A stretch of 64,000 nucleotides of DNA. It comes from Welwitschia mirabilis (lineage: Eukaryota). Position 1 is the stretch's first letter, and every line of letters begins with the position of its first letter. A program made the position numbers and the translations under genes. Location: the NCBI GenBank assembly GCA_051453625.1, contig JBOZIK010000001.1, forward strand, positions 18,456,089 to 18,520,088. Reading direction: 5' to 3'. Shown here one piece after another: positions 1 to 11,829 of the stretch. The notes beneath the pieces are model-generated. The model did no database searches and was not told the DNA's origin. It saw only the letters and a program-made list of their open reading frames with translations.

Positions 1-147
1 TGATATCCAGTTGTTCCAATTCTAAATCCATGCAAGCTACCATAGCTAAAATGATATGAATGGAGGTATGTTTAACAACAGGAGAGAAAAGTTCGTTGAA
101 ATCAATACCTTTTGTTGTGGAAAACTCTTCACTACCATTCTGGCCTA
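1..147 (-). pseudogene. Ty1/copia reverse transcriptase fragment (antisense to the predicted ORF 60..965)
   Basis: Reverse complement reads ARMVVKSF-(1-nt frameshift)-KGIDFNELFSPVVKHTSIHIILAMVACMDLELEQLDI, the canonical copia RT stretch ARLVVKGF.Q..GIDF.E.FSPVVK...LE.EQLDV. Confidence 0.85.
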
Positions 148-825
148 TAAAGGAAGAGCCAAATGGGAAGGAACGCTATAGGGCAAGAGTGGTTGCAAAA
201 GGTTTTGGGCAAAAACCAGGTGTTGACTTTACTAAAACTTTTTCTCTAGTGGTGAAGCATTCCTCTATTCGTGTCATTTTATCTATTGTTACTGACTTGA
301 ATCTTGGATTAGAACAGTTGAATATGAAAATTGCTTTTCTGCACGGTGATCTTGAAGAAGAGATTTATATGAAATTGCCTGACGGTCTTAAAACCAAAGA
401 GAAGAACTTAGTTTGTGAGTTGAACAGAAGTTTGTATGTCCCAAAACAGGCACCCAGGCAATGGTACAAGAAATTTGACAGCATCATGCAAGAACATAAA
501 CATAGGAGGAGTGATGTAGATCACTATATGTATCTCCATGGGCAAGCTTCTGGTAAGATTGTTGTTTTATTACTGTATGTTGATGACATGTTTGTTGCTA
601 GAAATGATATACAAAAAATTAAGAGGCTGAAACAGGAGATGGGAAAAAGCTTCACAACCAAGGACTGGAGTTTTGCAAAACAAATTCTTGGAATAAAAAT
701 TTCCAAGGACAGATCATGTAGAAAATTGTGGCTTAGTCATTCTAAATACATTAGCAAAGCATTAAAGCATTTGAACATAGTTGACTGTAAACCAGTTGGA
801 ACATTGTTAGCAAGTCACTTTCAAT
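148..825 (+). pseudogene. Ty1/copia (Tnt1/Tork-like) reverse transcriptase fragment
   Basis: Open frame with RYRARVVAKGF, AFLHGDLEEEIYM, KQAPRQWYKKFD, LLLYVDDM and PVGTLLASHFQL; ends abruptly in a gag sequence. Confidence 0.92.
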
Positions 826-3800
826 TGGTTGGAGCCACAAATTGGGGAAACTGCAAAATCCTAACGATACATGTTCTCCATTCCATGGATTGCGATATCT
901 TTCTTAAGTCAAAGAATGAAGCAAAGGCAAATTCCGAATTGTCAAATGCAAAACAATTGAAATAATAACCTAATGCAAAGTGGGAGAAACTCAACAAGAA
1001 AGCTCTCATCACCATACGTCCATGTCTTGGCAACGGTATACTAGGGACGTACAAAAGAATCACCAAGGCACATGTCTTGTGAAAAACTCGAAATGAGAGG
1101 CATGACCTATAAATAAATACTATACAATTAACAAGGTTTTCAAAATCAAAATGAAAGAAGGAACATCTTTACAAAGCCATTTGGACAAGATGAAGGCTTT
1201 GTTTGCTTAGATCGATGATTTGGGCATAAATTTGAAAGAAGACCTTAAGGTGGTGGTTGTTTTGAGTTCCTTGCTAGATTCATTGGAAATCATTCGGATT
1301 ACCTTAACTGCTACTTCTAGAACTTTACCATCCCTCGATATTATCATTTCAAAGTCATTAGACGTTGATAATACCAAAACAATGGATGCTTCTAACGAAG
1401 CATTAGCTGTTAGAAAGGGCCAATCTCAATCAAGAGGAAGATGGTTTGGTCATACTCAAAGTAAAGGAAGAACGGCAAATAAGAACATGGAATTCTAGTA
1501 TTCCAAGAAGAAGGGTCAAATGCTCCAAGATTGCTCTAAATTAAGGAATAAATGAAAACAAAAATGTAAGAGCAATAAAAACAGTGAAGGACAATATCAA
1601 CAAGACCAGGAAAGTGGTCAAGGTCAGATTTCAGATGGGGATGCAGATGTTATGTGGTTTGCGAGTGACAATGAGGTGAACATTTCACAGTATTCTACCC
1701 CCAAAGTTGGATTTTGGATTCCAATGCATCATTTCACGTTTGCCAAATGCTTCTGTATTTTGTACATATATAAACACTTCAAACCAGTATGTTTATCTTA
1801 GTGATGATCGACGATGTGAGATCTAAGGAGTTAGTTCTACTATGCTACAAGGATTTGATGGCAAAAAGTTACTATGGAAAGATGTTTGCCATGTATCTCA
1901 ACTTGCAAAGAATCTAATTTCAATAGGTCAACTTGACACTACTAGCTCTTCTGCATTCTTTGAAGCCAGAGGCTAGAAAATAACAAAATGAGCATGTGGA
2001 CAAAAAGAAAGAACTTTCTACACATGGTATCCAAATGCAGTGGGAGGCCTAGTGGCTATGACTAATGACCAAGACATACCTTATTAGCACAAGAGGCTTG
2101 TGCATTTGAGTGAGATAGGTATGAAGATACTTATATCTAAAAACTTGCTACCAAAGTTTAATTCTATCTTGTTAGATTTCTACAAAGATTACACAATAAA
2201 TAAGTAAAATGTGTGAACTTAAGAGATTTGGTTCTAGTAGCAAAAGTAGTTGTAAACTTGATAACGTCTATTCTAATGTTGTTAGACACTTAAGACTTAT
2301 GTCTATTAAATCATTAGGAGGTGCTTTGTATTTTATCACTTTTATCAATGATTTTAGTTCCAATATATGGCTATTTCCAATTCCTTCGAAAGACAACGTC
2401 TTTGAAATGTTTAAGCATTTTATCAATGATAATGGAGGTGAATATACCTTTAAAGAGTTTGAAATGTTCAGCCCAGATCATGAAATTGTCCATATTAGGA
2501 CACCCCCCCATAGTCCTCAAGATAATGGATTAGCTAAAAGATACATCAAAACAATATTAGGAAGACTATGTTCATTGTTACAGCATTCTGAAGCTCCAAA
2601 ACACTTCTAGATAGAAGTAGCAACAACTGTCGTTTATCTCGTAAATAGGTCTTCCAACACTACACTTGAAGATGAGGGTCCAAAGTTTGTTTGGAGTGGA
2701 AGAATGCCTTGTTTTCTCACCTAAAAGTATTTAGCTATGAAACTTATGCACATCTTCAGAATACAAGAAAGCTGGATGGATGTGCTCAAAAATGTTTGTT
2801 TCTGAGATATGGTAGTGACAATCCTAGTTATAGGTTTGGGATCCTGTAGATAGGAAAGTGATGACCTCTCGGGATGTTGCTTTGCATGAAGATCAAATGT
2901 TTTACAAATTGCAAGAAAATGACAAAAAGGATGAAATCCCTGTTTCTAACATTGCTTTTAAATATTCTAGAATTTCAAATGGGAATAATGATGAGAAATG
3001 ATGAAGCTAAACATGATTTGTCTGAAAATGATAGTGAAGAAGAAAATGTTCCTCCTGATACACAATTGTCTGATTCTTCAGATAGTGAAAATGTAGAGCT
3101 ACTTACACCTGCACATTGGGTTAAGAGGTCTAATCGTCCAACTAGACCACTTGTTAGGTATTCTCCCTCTTTACATTATATTTTGTACACTGATAAACGA
3201 GAACCTAAAACATTTCAGAAATCTATTTCCTCTTCTGATGTTGTAAAATGGAAAACTGCTATGAAAAAAGAGTTGGATGCTTTGAAGCATGACAACAGCT
3301 CGGAAATGCTTCCTTCGCCTCTTGGAAAGTGAGCTTTCTCTAATAGATGGATGTAAAGAATTAAGGAAGAGGCAAATGGAAAGAAGCGTTACAAGGCAAT
3401 GCTAGCTATAAAGGGTTTTGAGCAGAAACCTTGAATAGATTTCATTGAAATATTTTCTTCTATTGTAAAACATGCTTCCATTCATCTCCTTCCATCTTTT
3501 GTTGCTATCTTAAATCTAGAGTTGGGGCAGCTAGATATTAAAATTGCCTTCTCACATGATGATTTGGAAGAAGAGATATACATAAAAGTCCCTGAAGGAC
3601 ATAATGCCAATGAAAAGACCTTAGGTTGGAGGATGAAGACTAGGTTGTATAGGCTAAAGGAAGAACTAGGCAATGGTACAAAAATAGCAATAGCTTTATG
3701 TAGGAACAATATGATAGATGTAATACAGATCATTGTGTGTACCTTCCTGGACAAGCTTCTGGCATGTTAATTATAGTGATTGATGTCAATGAAATCAAAA

Positions 3801-5079
3801 GGCTAAAAAAGGAAATGGAAAAATGCTTTGCTACAAAATACTTAGGCCCTACAAAACAAATTTTTCATATACAAGTTTCTAGAGATAGACCACGAGGCAA
3901 GTTATGGCTATGCCATGCAGAGTACATTGGTAAGGTTTGGAAACATTTTAACATAGCTAATTATACTCTATCAGCACCCTTTTAGCAAGCCATTTTCAGC
4001 TGTCTTTGGAAGATTGACACCAAAATTCAAGACAAATGTAGAAAGATGACAAGTTCCATATACTTCTGCAGTTGGAAACCTTAAGTATGCCATGTTCTAT
4101 ACAAGACCAAATATTCCTTATGTAATGGGAGTTGTCTCACGCTTTATGAGTGATCCTAGACCTAAACATTAGGAAGTTATTAAATGGGTATTGTGCTACT
4201 TGAAAGGAATCCAAAATTTTTGCTTACGCTTTGGTTATAACATTTTGGATGTAGTTGGTTATGTTGACGCTATCTATGCAGCTTGTAGGGACAACAGAAA
4301 GTCTACCACTAGCTATATATTTGTAGTGGGAGGTGGCCCTATCAATTGGATGTCTTTGCAAAGGGAGATTGCTTTGGCTACTACATACACTGCTTTGGCT
4401 GAAGTAGCTAAAGAAAAGATTTGGCTAAGTTAGTCTGGATTGAAACAATCACAATGTGTAATGTATGGTGATAGTCGAGTGCTATTTATTTAGCCAAGAA
4501 TGTTGCTTATCATGCTAAGACAAAGCATACTAATGTCAAGTATCATTTTATCGAGCAAGCATTGGACGAAAGAAAGCTACATATTGAAAAGGTGCATATA
4601 CAGGGAAATGCTGCAGATTTCTTAACTAAGGTAGTGACAAAAGTGAAATATCAATTTACTTGTCACAATATGTAAGAGATGTGACCTAGAAGCTTGGAAT
4701 CAGGCATCTCTTATAGTTGCATTAGGAGATACTTTTGAAGACATGATAAATTTGTCTTCAAGTAGGAGAGTGCCAATAGTGAAGCCAAAATTCTTATTTT
4801 TAATGTTATAACACTACGATTTAACATTGACCCCTAAAAGAAGACTATGTTATTAAATCCTTGGGGTGCTTTTATTTCTACAAGAGAAAAAAGAGTAGTT
4901 TGAGTTGGCTTTAAAAACCCTTAAGGCGGCTTAGGGGTTTGTCCGTACAATTCTCATTTTTGCTCCTTGAAGAAGTTATGTGCTCTCCCCGATTTCCATG
5001 GTTTTTTCCCGCAAGGCTTTCCACGTAATTCTCTCTCTCTCTATCTCCCAAAATACCAAACTAGGATTCAAGGGTTTCA
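826..5079 (+). mobile_element. Degenerate Ty1/copia LTR retrotransposon, 5'-truncated (gag-PR-IN-RT-RNaseH-PPT-3'LTR)
   Basis: gag (VGATNW...WEKLNKKAL), decayed zinc knuckle ~1495-1535, protease WILDSNASFHV ~1708, integrase (SLGGALYFITFINDFS, DNGGEY, PHSPQDNGLA) 2209-2610, RT ~3200-4200, RNaseH (GYVDA...DNRKSTT) ~4250-4670; many stops and frameshifts. Confidence 0.9.
4761..5079 (+). repeat. Polypurine tract (4761-4770) and 3' LTR of the copia element
   Basis: AGTAGGAGAG immediately followed by TG; a similar PPT/LTR start occurs at ~57955-57975; right end approximate (...GGGTTTCA). Confidence 0.6.
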
Positions 5080-5084
5080 AATAC

Positions 5085-6690
5085 CAAAATAATTCTTGTT
5101 TCCAGGTCTCTACAAGAATTGACTCTACGAATCTTACTAATTACACAATTCTTACAGGAATCTAAGTTATAAAGGCATAATGATATTCAAAGATGAGATT
5201 CAATTACTATAAATCTTGATTACTTGATGTGTCCCATCATTTCCACATATTTCCATCTCTCTTGCTTCTTGTAACAATAGCAACATTCTTTGTACGCCTC
5301 TGCATCAAGGATGTACACGTTGCCAATATTCTTACAATGTTCTAGGATAAGGAAACCATGATGATATTGCATCTTCCACTCCTATTGAAGAACTGCAGTT
5401 CCAAACCACAAACCACATGTTTGAAGTCAACCTCTTTTCAAGAGCAAACACATGTTTGATGTTCTTCACTTTCAAAGCTACTATAACACAATTTTCTCAT
5501 TTACCCTATTTTGCATATACAATGCTCAAGGATATTAGCTAATAGGAAAAGAAATCTACTCTATTAGGGTCACGTGCAAGAATGCACAACTATCAATTAG
5601 TCAAACATTATCTCATTAGTCCTATAACAACAGCATGCGTGATTCAGAAACCACAAATTCTGATCCTTCTTCTTCTTTTGCTTGATTAATCTAGGAAGAG
5701 GCAGCCTCTGAATTTCCTTTCTTTCCATCCTTCTCCTTTTGATTTGCCTTCCAAGCATAACAATCCTGTTCAACATGTCCTTTCTCCTTACAAACCAACA
5801 CTATATATCCCTAACATAAGAGACATCTAAACTCTTGCTTCTTCCCTTGCTTTGATCTCACTTCTTAAACCCAACTCTATCATCTGCTGCAGATGGCATT
5901 GGCTCATATCAGTCACTATTACGGTGCATACTTCCAGAAGAGAGTTGAGGACAACATAACACTTCATCATGCCCTAAACATAAAAATGATATTCCTCAAA
6001 CTTGATGAATAGAACCATCATCTCATCTAAATGGGTACTGCAATGAAATCTGTTCCTTCATCTTTGTATTGAAGACCTAGATGCCTTATCAAACATGGAA
6101 TTGTTTAACCTCGATGCCTTACCAAACATGTTCTTTCAACTTTTCCCTTGTCAAAGGCAACAAGACATCATTGCTCATACAAGCATGGATGAAAGACACA
6201 GTTTTTGCTTTCTTCTTTCTCCAGTCAGCATTATCAATTCCAAGGGCTTTGATTGCTAATAGAGCATCAATACAATTTTTCTGTTCCAGGATATCTTTCA
6301 TCATGATTCTCTAGATATTCTAACTTTGTCTAACAAGTCTGTCCATTCCTTGAAACCTCTCCGTTCTCATAGATTTGAAAAACTTCCCACAATCTGCATC
6401 AAGGTCAGATGGACACCCTTGGACATGATGTGATGTTTTGCTACCCAGAACACTTGCAACACAAAACCCATGTTAATGCCCCAACACTAATTATTGTAAG
6501 ACATAGAGTTAAAAGAAAACAAAACAAAGCTAAAAGGAAGCAATACACAAAAACACACAAGTTTGATTTGGTTTAGGCCCTTTGCACCCACGTCATCAAA
6601 ACAATGCAGAGCTCTTGTTATGAACTACAAAGTCAAGGAGAAAAGCTCTCCTCTATGGCTTACAGAAGGCTGCACAATCAGTTTCACACA
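5085..6690 (-). mobile_element. Degenerate Ty1/copia element, 5' part (probable LTR ~6496-6690, gag, zinc knuckle, protease, GAG-pre-integrase)
   Basis: Minus-strand gag (MKDILEQKNCIDALL...DWRKKKAK), CW.(C)KEKGHVEQDC knuckle ~5760-5800, LIDSCAFLHVT protease motif ~5570-5600, NLDSCKNCVISK pre-integrase CxxC ~5130-5165. Confidence 0.8.
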
Positions 6691-7457
6691 AATTTGTTTT
6701 GTTTGTATTTCTTGATCTTTAAGTTGCATATGCTGATTTTACTCTTCCACTGCATTTTGTAACTCTGCTGGGTGATTACAGTAACTTTTATTTGACTTTT
6801 ACAAGCATTTTCATATAATGTAGACCTTTTCATTTGAATTGCTTTATGCTTATGTTTAAGTGTTCTACTTTTATAGTCTTAGGTCAACGTTCTGTGAAAG
6901 GATTAATATGTTACACCTACTGTCTGCATGTCATTGTTTGCCAAAACAGAAATGATATCATCCATGGACACACACTTGATGTTTTCTCATTATCTTCTTC
7001 AGACATGTACTCGTAAATAGCATGTTAGCAAAAGCTTAGGCAGTACAATTTCAACAAAGTAAACAATACAGATTGGGATGTCGTCAATTTTCTACTGTCA
7101 CAGATTGGCAACATTGTATGCACAGGCATCGATGATTGCAGCAGCTTCGTGTGTCATAGCTCTCTTCCCCACCTCGGTGTGGTGTATGCTTTCTATGCAG
7201 TTATATCTCATGCAATCCAAATTGCTAATTGGCTACAAGTGTATAACTAATTCCAAAAGTTAACAATTTGTTTCATGATAGCTAGTACTTGTCGTTTAAG
7301 ACGAAAACTTTGGGGCATTGAAAGATTAATAGAATAAAGGCTGAAATTTCAAACAAAAAGCTGTAGGAAATAAAAACAGGAGAAAATCAATCCATGCCTA
7401 AATCTTGCATGCCAGTGGAAGTTTAAAAGACCAAAAACGAAACCAAAAAAAAAGTAC

Positions 7458-7604
7458 TTTGAGAACATCCATGAGCTCCTTCCTTCGTTCAATGCATTCA
7501 GGTAACAGGTTCTCCTCTGGAAATAAGTTATTCAAGTCTTCCTCGAAACCCTCCCAATCTTTGCCGTCATTAGCAGCTGTCTCTCTTACGTGCCCTAAAA
7601 CGAC
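7458..7604 (-). CDS. Coding exon 3 of TRF-like/PHD-Myb N-terminal-domain gene (VVLGHVRETAANDGKDWEGFEEDLNNLFPEENLLPECIERRKELMDVLK)
   Basis: Acceptor TTTAG before 7604, donor GTACTT after 7458, 147 nt open, phase 0 matches exon 2. Confidence 0.78.
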
Positions 7605-7862
7605 CTAAACATTAAAAAAGGTATTTTGACTCACCAAAACGGAACAAAAGTTAACATAAAGCTCCACCTAAGGAAGGAAAACGAATCCGAATTATTCTGG
7701 ACGTTAACCTGAAATAAATCCCCAAAACAACTATTGGATGCTCTATTTGTTGCAGCAAGACAAACACTAATATGACAAGCTGTCATGATCACTTTAAAAT
7801 TCTAAACGAATCATCTTTTGATGGCTATGTACAGTCATGAGTTCGGGCAATGAAAAGGCTAC

Positions 7863-8062
7863 CTCTGTGGAAACGCGCAAAAGAAGTTCTAAAGCATCAT
7901 CAGAACCCGCATTCGAGGAATTGAGTAAAGTTTTCAATACGGGAACCGCACTTGCTTGAAGTCTATCTTTCGAAAGAAAGTCCTCCAAATACCTGGCTGC
8001 CATTCTTTCTTGTAAACTATTGAAGGAAGAATCATTGAAAGAGCGAATTTTCACAATAAGCT
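7863..8062 (-). CDS. Coding exon 2 of the same gene ((E)LIVKIRSFND...LQERMAARYLEDFL...ELLLRVSTE)
   Basis: Acceptor TTTTCAG before 8062, donor GTAGCC after 7863; phase 1 in, phase 0 out; part of ORF 7794..8252. Confidence 0.8.
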
Positions 8063-8149
8063 CTGAAAACGAAACAAAGCAATCAATCAAACTTAAAGCA
8101 GTAATCAGACCTGTAAAACCTAAATGGAAACTTGAAAATTCTGAAGTAC

Positions 8150-8252
8150 CTTTGAGCAAACAAGGACTCACATCCCTGTTGTTTAATAGCTTTTCCACGA
8201 TCCATGCCCAACATAAGTTCAAATCTTTCGCTTCTTCTACTTGCCGTGACAT
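8150..8252 (-). CDS. Coding exon 1 of the same gene (MSRQVEEAKDLNLCWAWIVEKLLNNRDVSPCLLK)
   Basis: ATG at 8252 in ACAATG context, donor AAG|GTACTT at 8149; W.W..E.L motif recalled from plant TRFL10/PHD-finger family N-termini. Confidence 0.8.
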
Positions 8253-8409
8253 TGTAAGGAGCTTGCTCTAAGAATTGTGGAAAGGCTTCATTCACATGGA
8301 GTTCAAATATTGAAATTGCTCACTTCCCTTTTACCCTTTTAAACCGCATCATTCGCAGAAGAATTCCGGGGCGAAATAATTAGAAATTCCGCTAAAAGAG
8401 AGGTCTTAC

Positions 8410-8540
8410 CTTGCTGGAGAGCGTTCTGTATCTTTAGTTCGTTTACGAAAAGACGTCTTTTTCTCCAAAGGGCCTCGTTTTTGCTTCCGAAAAGTTCTAC
8501 GACGGGATCTAGTGAGTCTCTTCCCTTCTCTCCAGAATCT
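8410..8540 (-). other. Probable non-coding 5'UTR exon, followed by a 142-nt intron (8268-8409)
   Basis: Strong donor AAG|GTAAGA at 8409, acceptor TTCTTAG at 8268 just upstream of the ATG; no ATG in the segment; transcription start approximate. Confidence 0.6.
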
Positions 8541-10424
8541 TTCCGTTATTTTGATTATCATTTTATTTAAATTATTTTTTATTTTTAAACAGTGCATTTG
8601 CGTTTTTGGATAGTATTTTGCATGACACAAGAAACGTCATCTTTTTTTATGATGTCAAAGGTATATAACTTAGGCGTTAAAATATGGGTGTCATTGTATA
8701 TGTGAGTTTCATATTTTTCCCTTTAATAAAATGTTAAAACCTTTACTATATCATAAAATGTATTTCCCTTATATTACCTAATTAAAATTTAAAATTAAGT
8801 CTTTAAAGAGATATCCTAACAGTAAAGCAATGCTCATGGGGCTCTGTGGTTGTAACTTCATTCTCAAAAAGCTCTTTTATTAAAAAAAATAACAATGTCT
8901 CAAAAAGTATATAAAAAGTTGTAATAAATACTTCTAATTGAAACTATGTAAAATAGAAACTGAAAATTTTTGCTTATAAAATTACAAAGAGTTTTGGGTA
9001 AAAGTTAAAACAATTTAATCAAATTATGGGCTTTGGTTTGAAAATCTGTGATTGCTTCTATCAATGTTTACTATTCTTTGGGCTCCAAGTTTTCATACTT
9101 ATCAGAGGCTTGAAAGTCTTTTTAAACAATCCATGTGATATGCCAATAACTTTCTCTATGGATTTGCTTGTGTAACCTAGGATACTAGTACTCTCCTAAA
9201 AAAATATGGAGTATTGAGCTCTATTAGTTTTTGAAACAAGGCCTTGTTTTAATAAGCAAGTGATTTTTTAACCATCTTTTTTCGTTTTTTTCCCCAGATA
9301 TTCTTCGTGTTCAACTTAGGTTGATCATAAGCATCACCCTTTTTAGCAAGGTATTCATTATCTTAATTGGGTCATTTACTTACATATTGTTTCTCTTCTT
9401 GACATAATAGTATTTGGAATGCTCGGAAAAAGCTTCACTTACACATTAATTAGAATTGTTTACATGGGCATTTGCTTCCATGGGAGGCTTTCATCCATTT
9501 ATATGGTTTTTCTCCAACCATGTAAGTTTTCTTTTTCAAACTCTTGGCTTTTCAATAATGTGTCATTACTTCTAATGCTCTTTGTTCATTGTTTGAAGTG
9601 ATCTTTTAGATGAATGGTTACCCTGTTTGGCCCTATAAACCTCAAATTTCATTCATTTCACTTCATTTGTAGATTAGTTAGTTCACCATTGTAATAATAT
9701 TTAGAACCACTCTGAGTCTTTACATTTTTGGCAAAGCATTTTTAATTAATTAGATTTGGAAGCTTTCAACTCTACCCAAAATCCAAGATTTCCTTTGGTA
9801 TGCGCTTCATCAAGGGCTTCCTATTGGTTCGTAAATACATCATCTAGGCTTGGCTAATCTTTTTGCCCATAATGTCATGGCCCTGATAATTTTGATTATG
9901 TCTTTTGCTCATGCTCCCTTGCTCACCATGCTTAGAGCTAAACAGGCCAACTATTTGAAGGTTTTGCTATTGCTCCTTCAATGGTGTTTTTTGTTCTCCT
10001 ACTATTATTAATTGGAGCCAATAATTTCTTTGAGATATTAGTTATCCTAATTTTTTCTTTTTTTTTATATTTTGAAGATGTGTGCAGTCTCCTACTCCTT
10101 TCCCCAATATTGAAAAGTGCCACAATATTGTGCGATATGTTTATTTTCAAATTTTTCATCAAGAGACACATATTCATCTTGATATGGATCATCTCTTAAG
10201 TCTTATTTCTCATAGTCAACAGATCCGCACAAGTTTGTACAATCTGCTTAATTATCTTTGAAGATCTAGTTTTTTTAATCACTTTTCTCTCATAGTTGCT
10301 AGCTTTTTTTGTCTTTGACGAATACGATTTTTAACTTTTAATATTTTTCAATGAAACTCTTTTTTGTGATTTGGCACCCCTCAAATTATGAACTTTGGTA
10401 TTTCATTCAATTTATATGTTATCT

Positions 10425-11820
10425 TTTGAAAGACATTTAAGAAAGATAGGATATTCATCTTCAACAACATTCTAGTCATAAAGTTGACACATCCGTTGTT
10501 CTAAGGAACTTAAACCATCTACTTACGTAAATCTTAAAATAATGAAATCTCATCTTTGCCCTACTAATCTAAATTCATAGACAAATGGGAATAGTAGCAC
10601 TTTAATAAATTGTCTTTATAGAAATGCCCCCTATAATATTGTTTAAATAGACATCCTTCTTTTCTTCTTTGTTATCCTAAATCGTTTAAAGTGTTTTTTT
10701 GTTTTATAATTGTTTGAAATTACTTGGTATTATATTGAAAAAATTTATTCTTAAATGATTTTTTTAACTAAATATTTTTCTAATAAGATTAATCTTTTCC
10801 TCAAATCACATGAAACACCCTTTTAGAAAATTTATTGATAGTGGAATTTAAAATATTATAAACATAAGCTAGAAACTAACAAATAACTTCTACCTTTAAT
10901 GACATCAATTTAGCTTTAAGAAGAATACTGTCATGCCTAGTGTTTTGCTTTAAATTCTTCTAATAAGAGCTAATTTCAAGCTTCCTCTATTTTCTTCCAT
11001 TTCTTCCAATGTTACGTACTAATGAATTACCCTAAACAACACAATCGTATAGAGTTGGTGGTTAAATAATAGTTCAAAAGGATTATCTACATACATTCCA
11101 ATACAATTGTCTCTTTTTTACTTTTTTTTTTCTTTTTAATGCAAATAAGGTTTTTATACCTCTATTGATCTTTTAAGTGATGCATTTATCTCATCTATAA
11201 CTGTTAGAGCATTTCAAACCTAAGTATTTATTAGAGGGAATAAATTCAACCTATTTATTTCCTATATAAAAATAAAAATAACTATCGCATGGGCCATAAA
11301 CCATAATTATGGTTTTTGAAATAATAATATTCATTTCAGAATGAGGGTAAAATTTACTTAAAATATATAACATATTTTGTAAACCTTGCTTGGATTTAGA
11401 AATCTATGCAATATCATTAATAAATAGTAAATGCTTCATAGGATAATTTCTTCTTCATATGGAATCACTATGAAAGATTTCATTTATCCAAGCCTTCAAT
11501 TCATTGACCAAAATTCCAAAAAGTATGGAAGAGAGACGAAAAACTTACTTGGCATCAATAAGTCCACAAAACATCATGTTTTCTTGATAAGTTCTATTTG
11601 TGAGCTAGATACATACCTCTCTATACAGGTTATGAACTATAAACAATAAATGTATTAGAGCTTTAATATTTTGTAATCACTGTCGAAGTTTATTCTTAAT
11701 TACTGAATCATATGCTTTATAGAAATCCAAGAAGCAAGTAAACATCTTTTTACTTGAACCTTTACATTTGTTAATAAGATGTTCAAGGTGATAAGATGAT
11801 TCACTATAGAATGACATTAT
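10425..11820 (-). mobile_element. Degenerate 5'-truncated LINE (RT plus C-terminal CCHC finger), RTEX/CR1-L2-like
   Basis: Minus-strand translations: KKMFTCFLDFYKAYDSV, IDAK*VFRLSSILFGILVNEL, LLFINDI, NKYLGL, SRW...EQRMCQLYD*NVVEDEYPIFLKC. Confidence 0.82.
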
Positions 11821-11829
11821 CATAAAAAA

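Noticed and set aside
60..965. 301-aa ORF as a functional gene
   Set aside because: Chimera of three retroelement fragments starting at a non-ATG codon within antisense RT.
7098..7232. Possible phase-0 terminal exon (PISNLDCMRYNCIES...NVANL*) after a CTTGTAG acceptor
   Set aside because: No recognisable similarity to the expected continuation; short open frames occur by chance; needs RNA evidence.
8406..8630. 74-aa basic ORF upstream of the gene
   Set aside because: Non-ATG start, overlaps the AT-rich promoter and 5'UTR, no recognisable domain.
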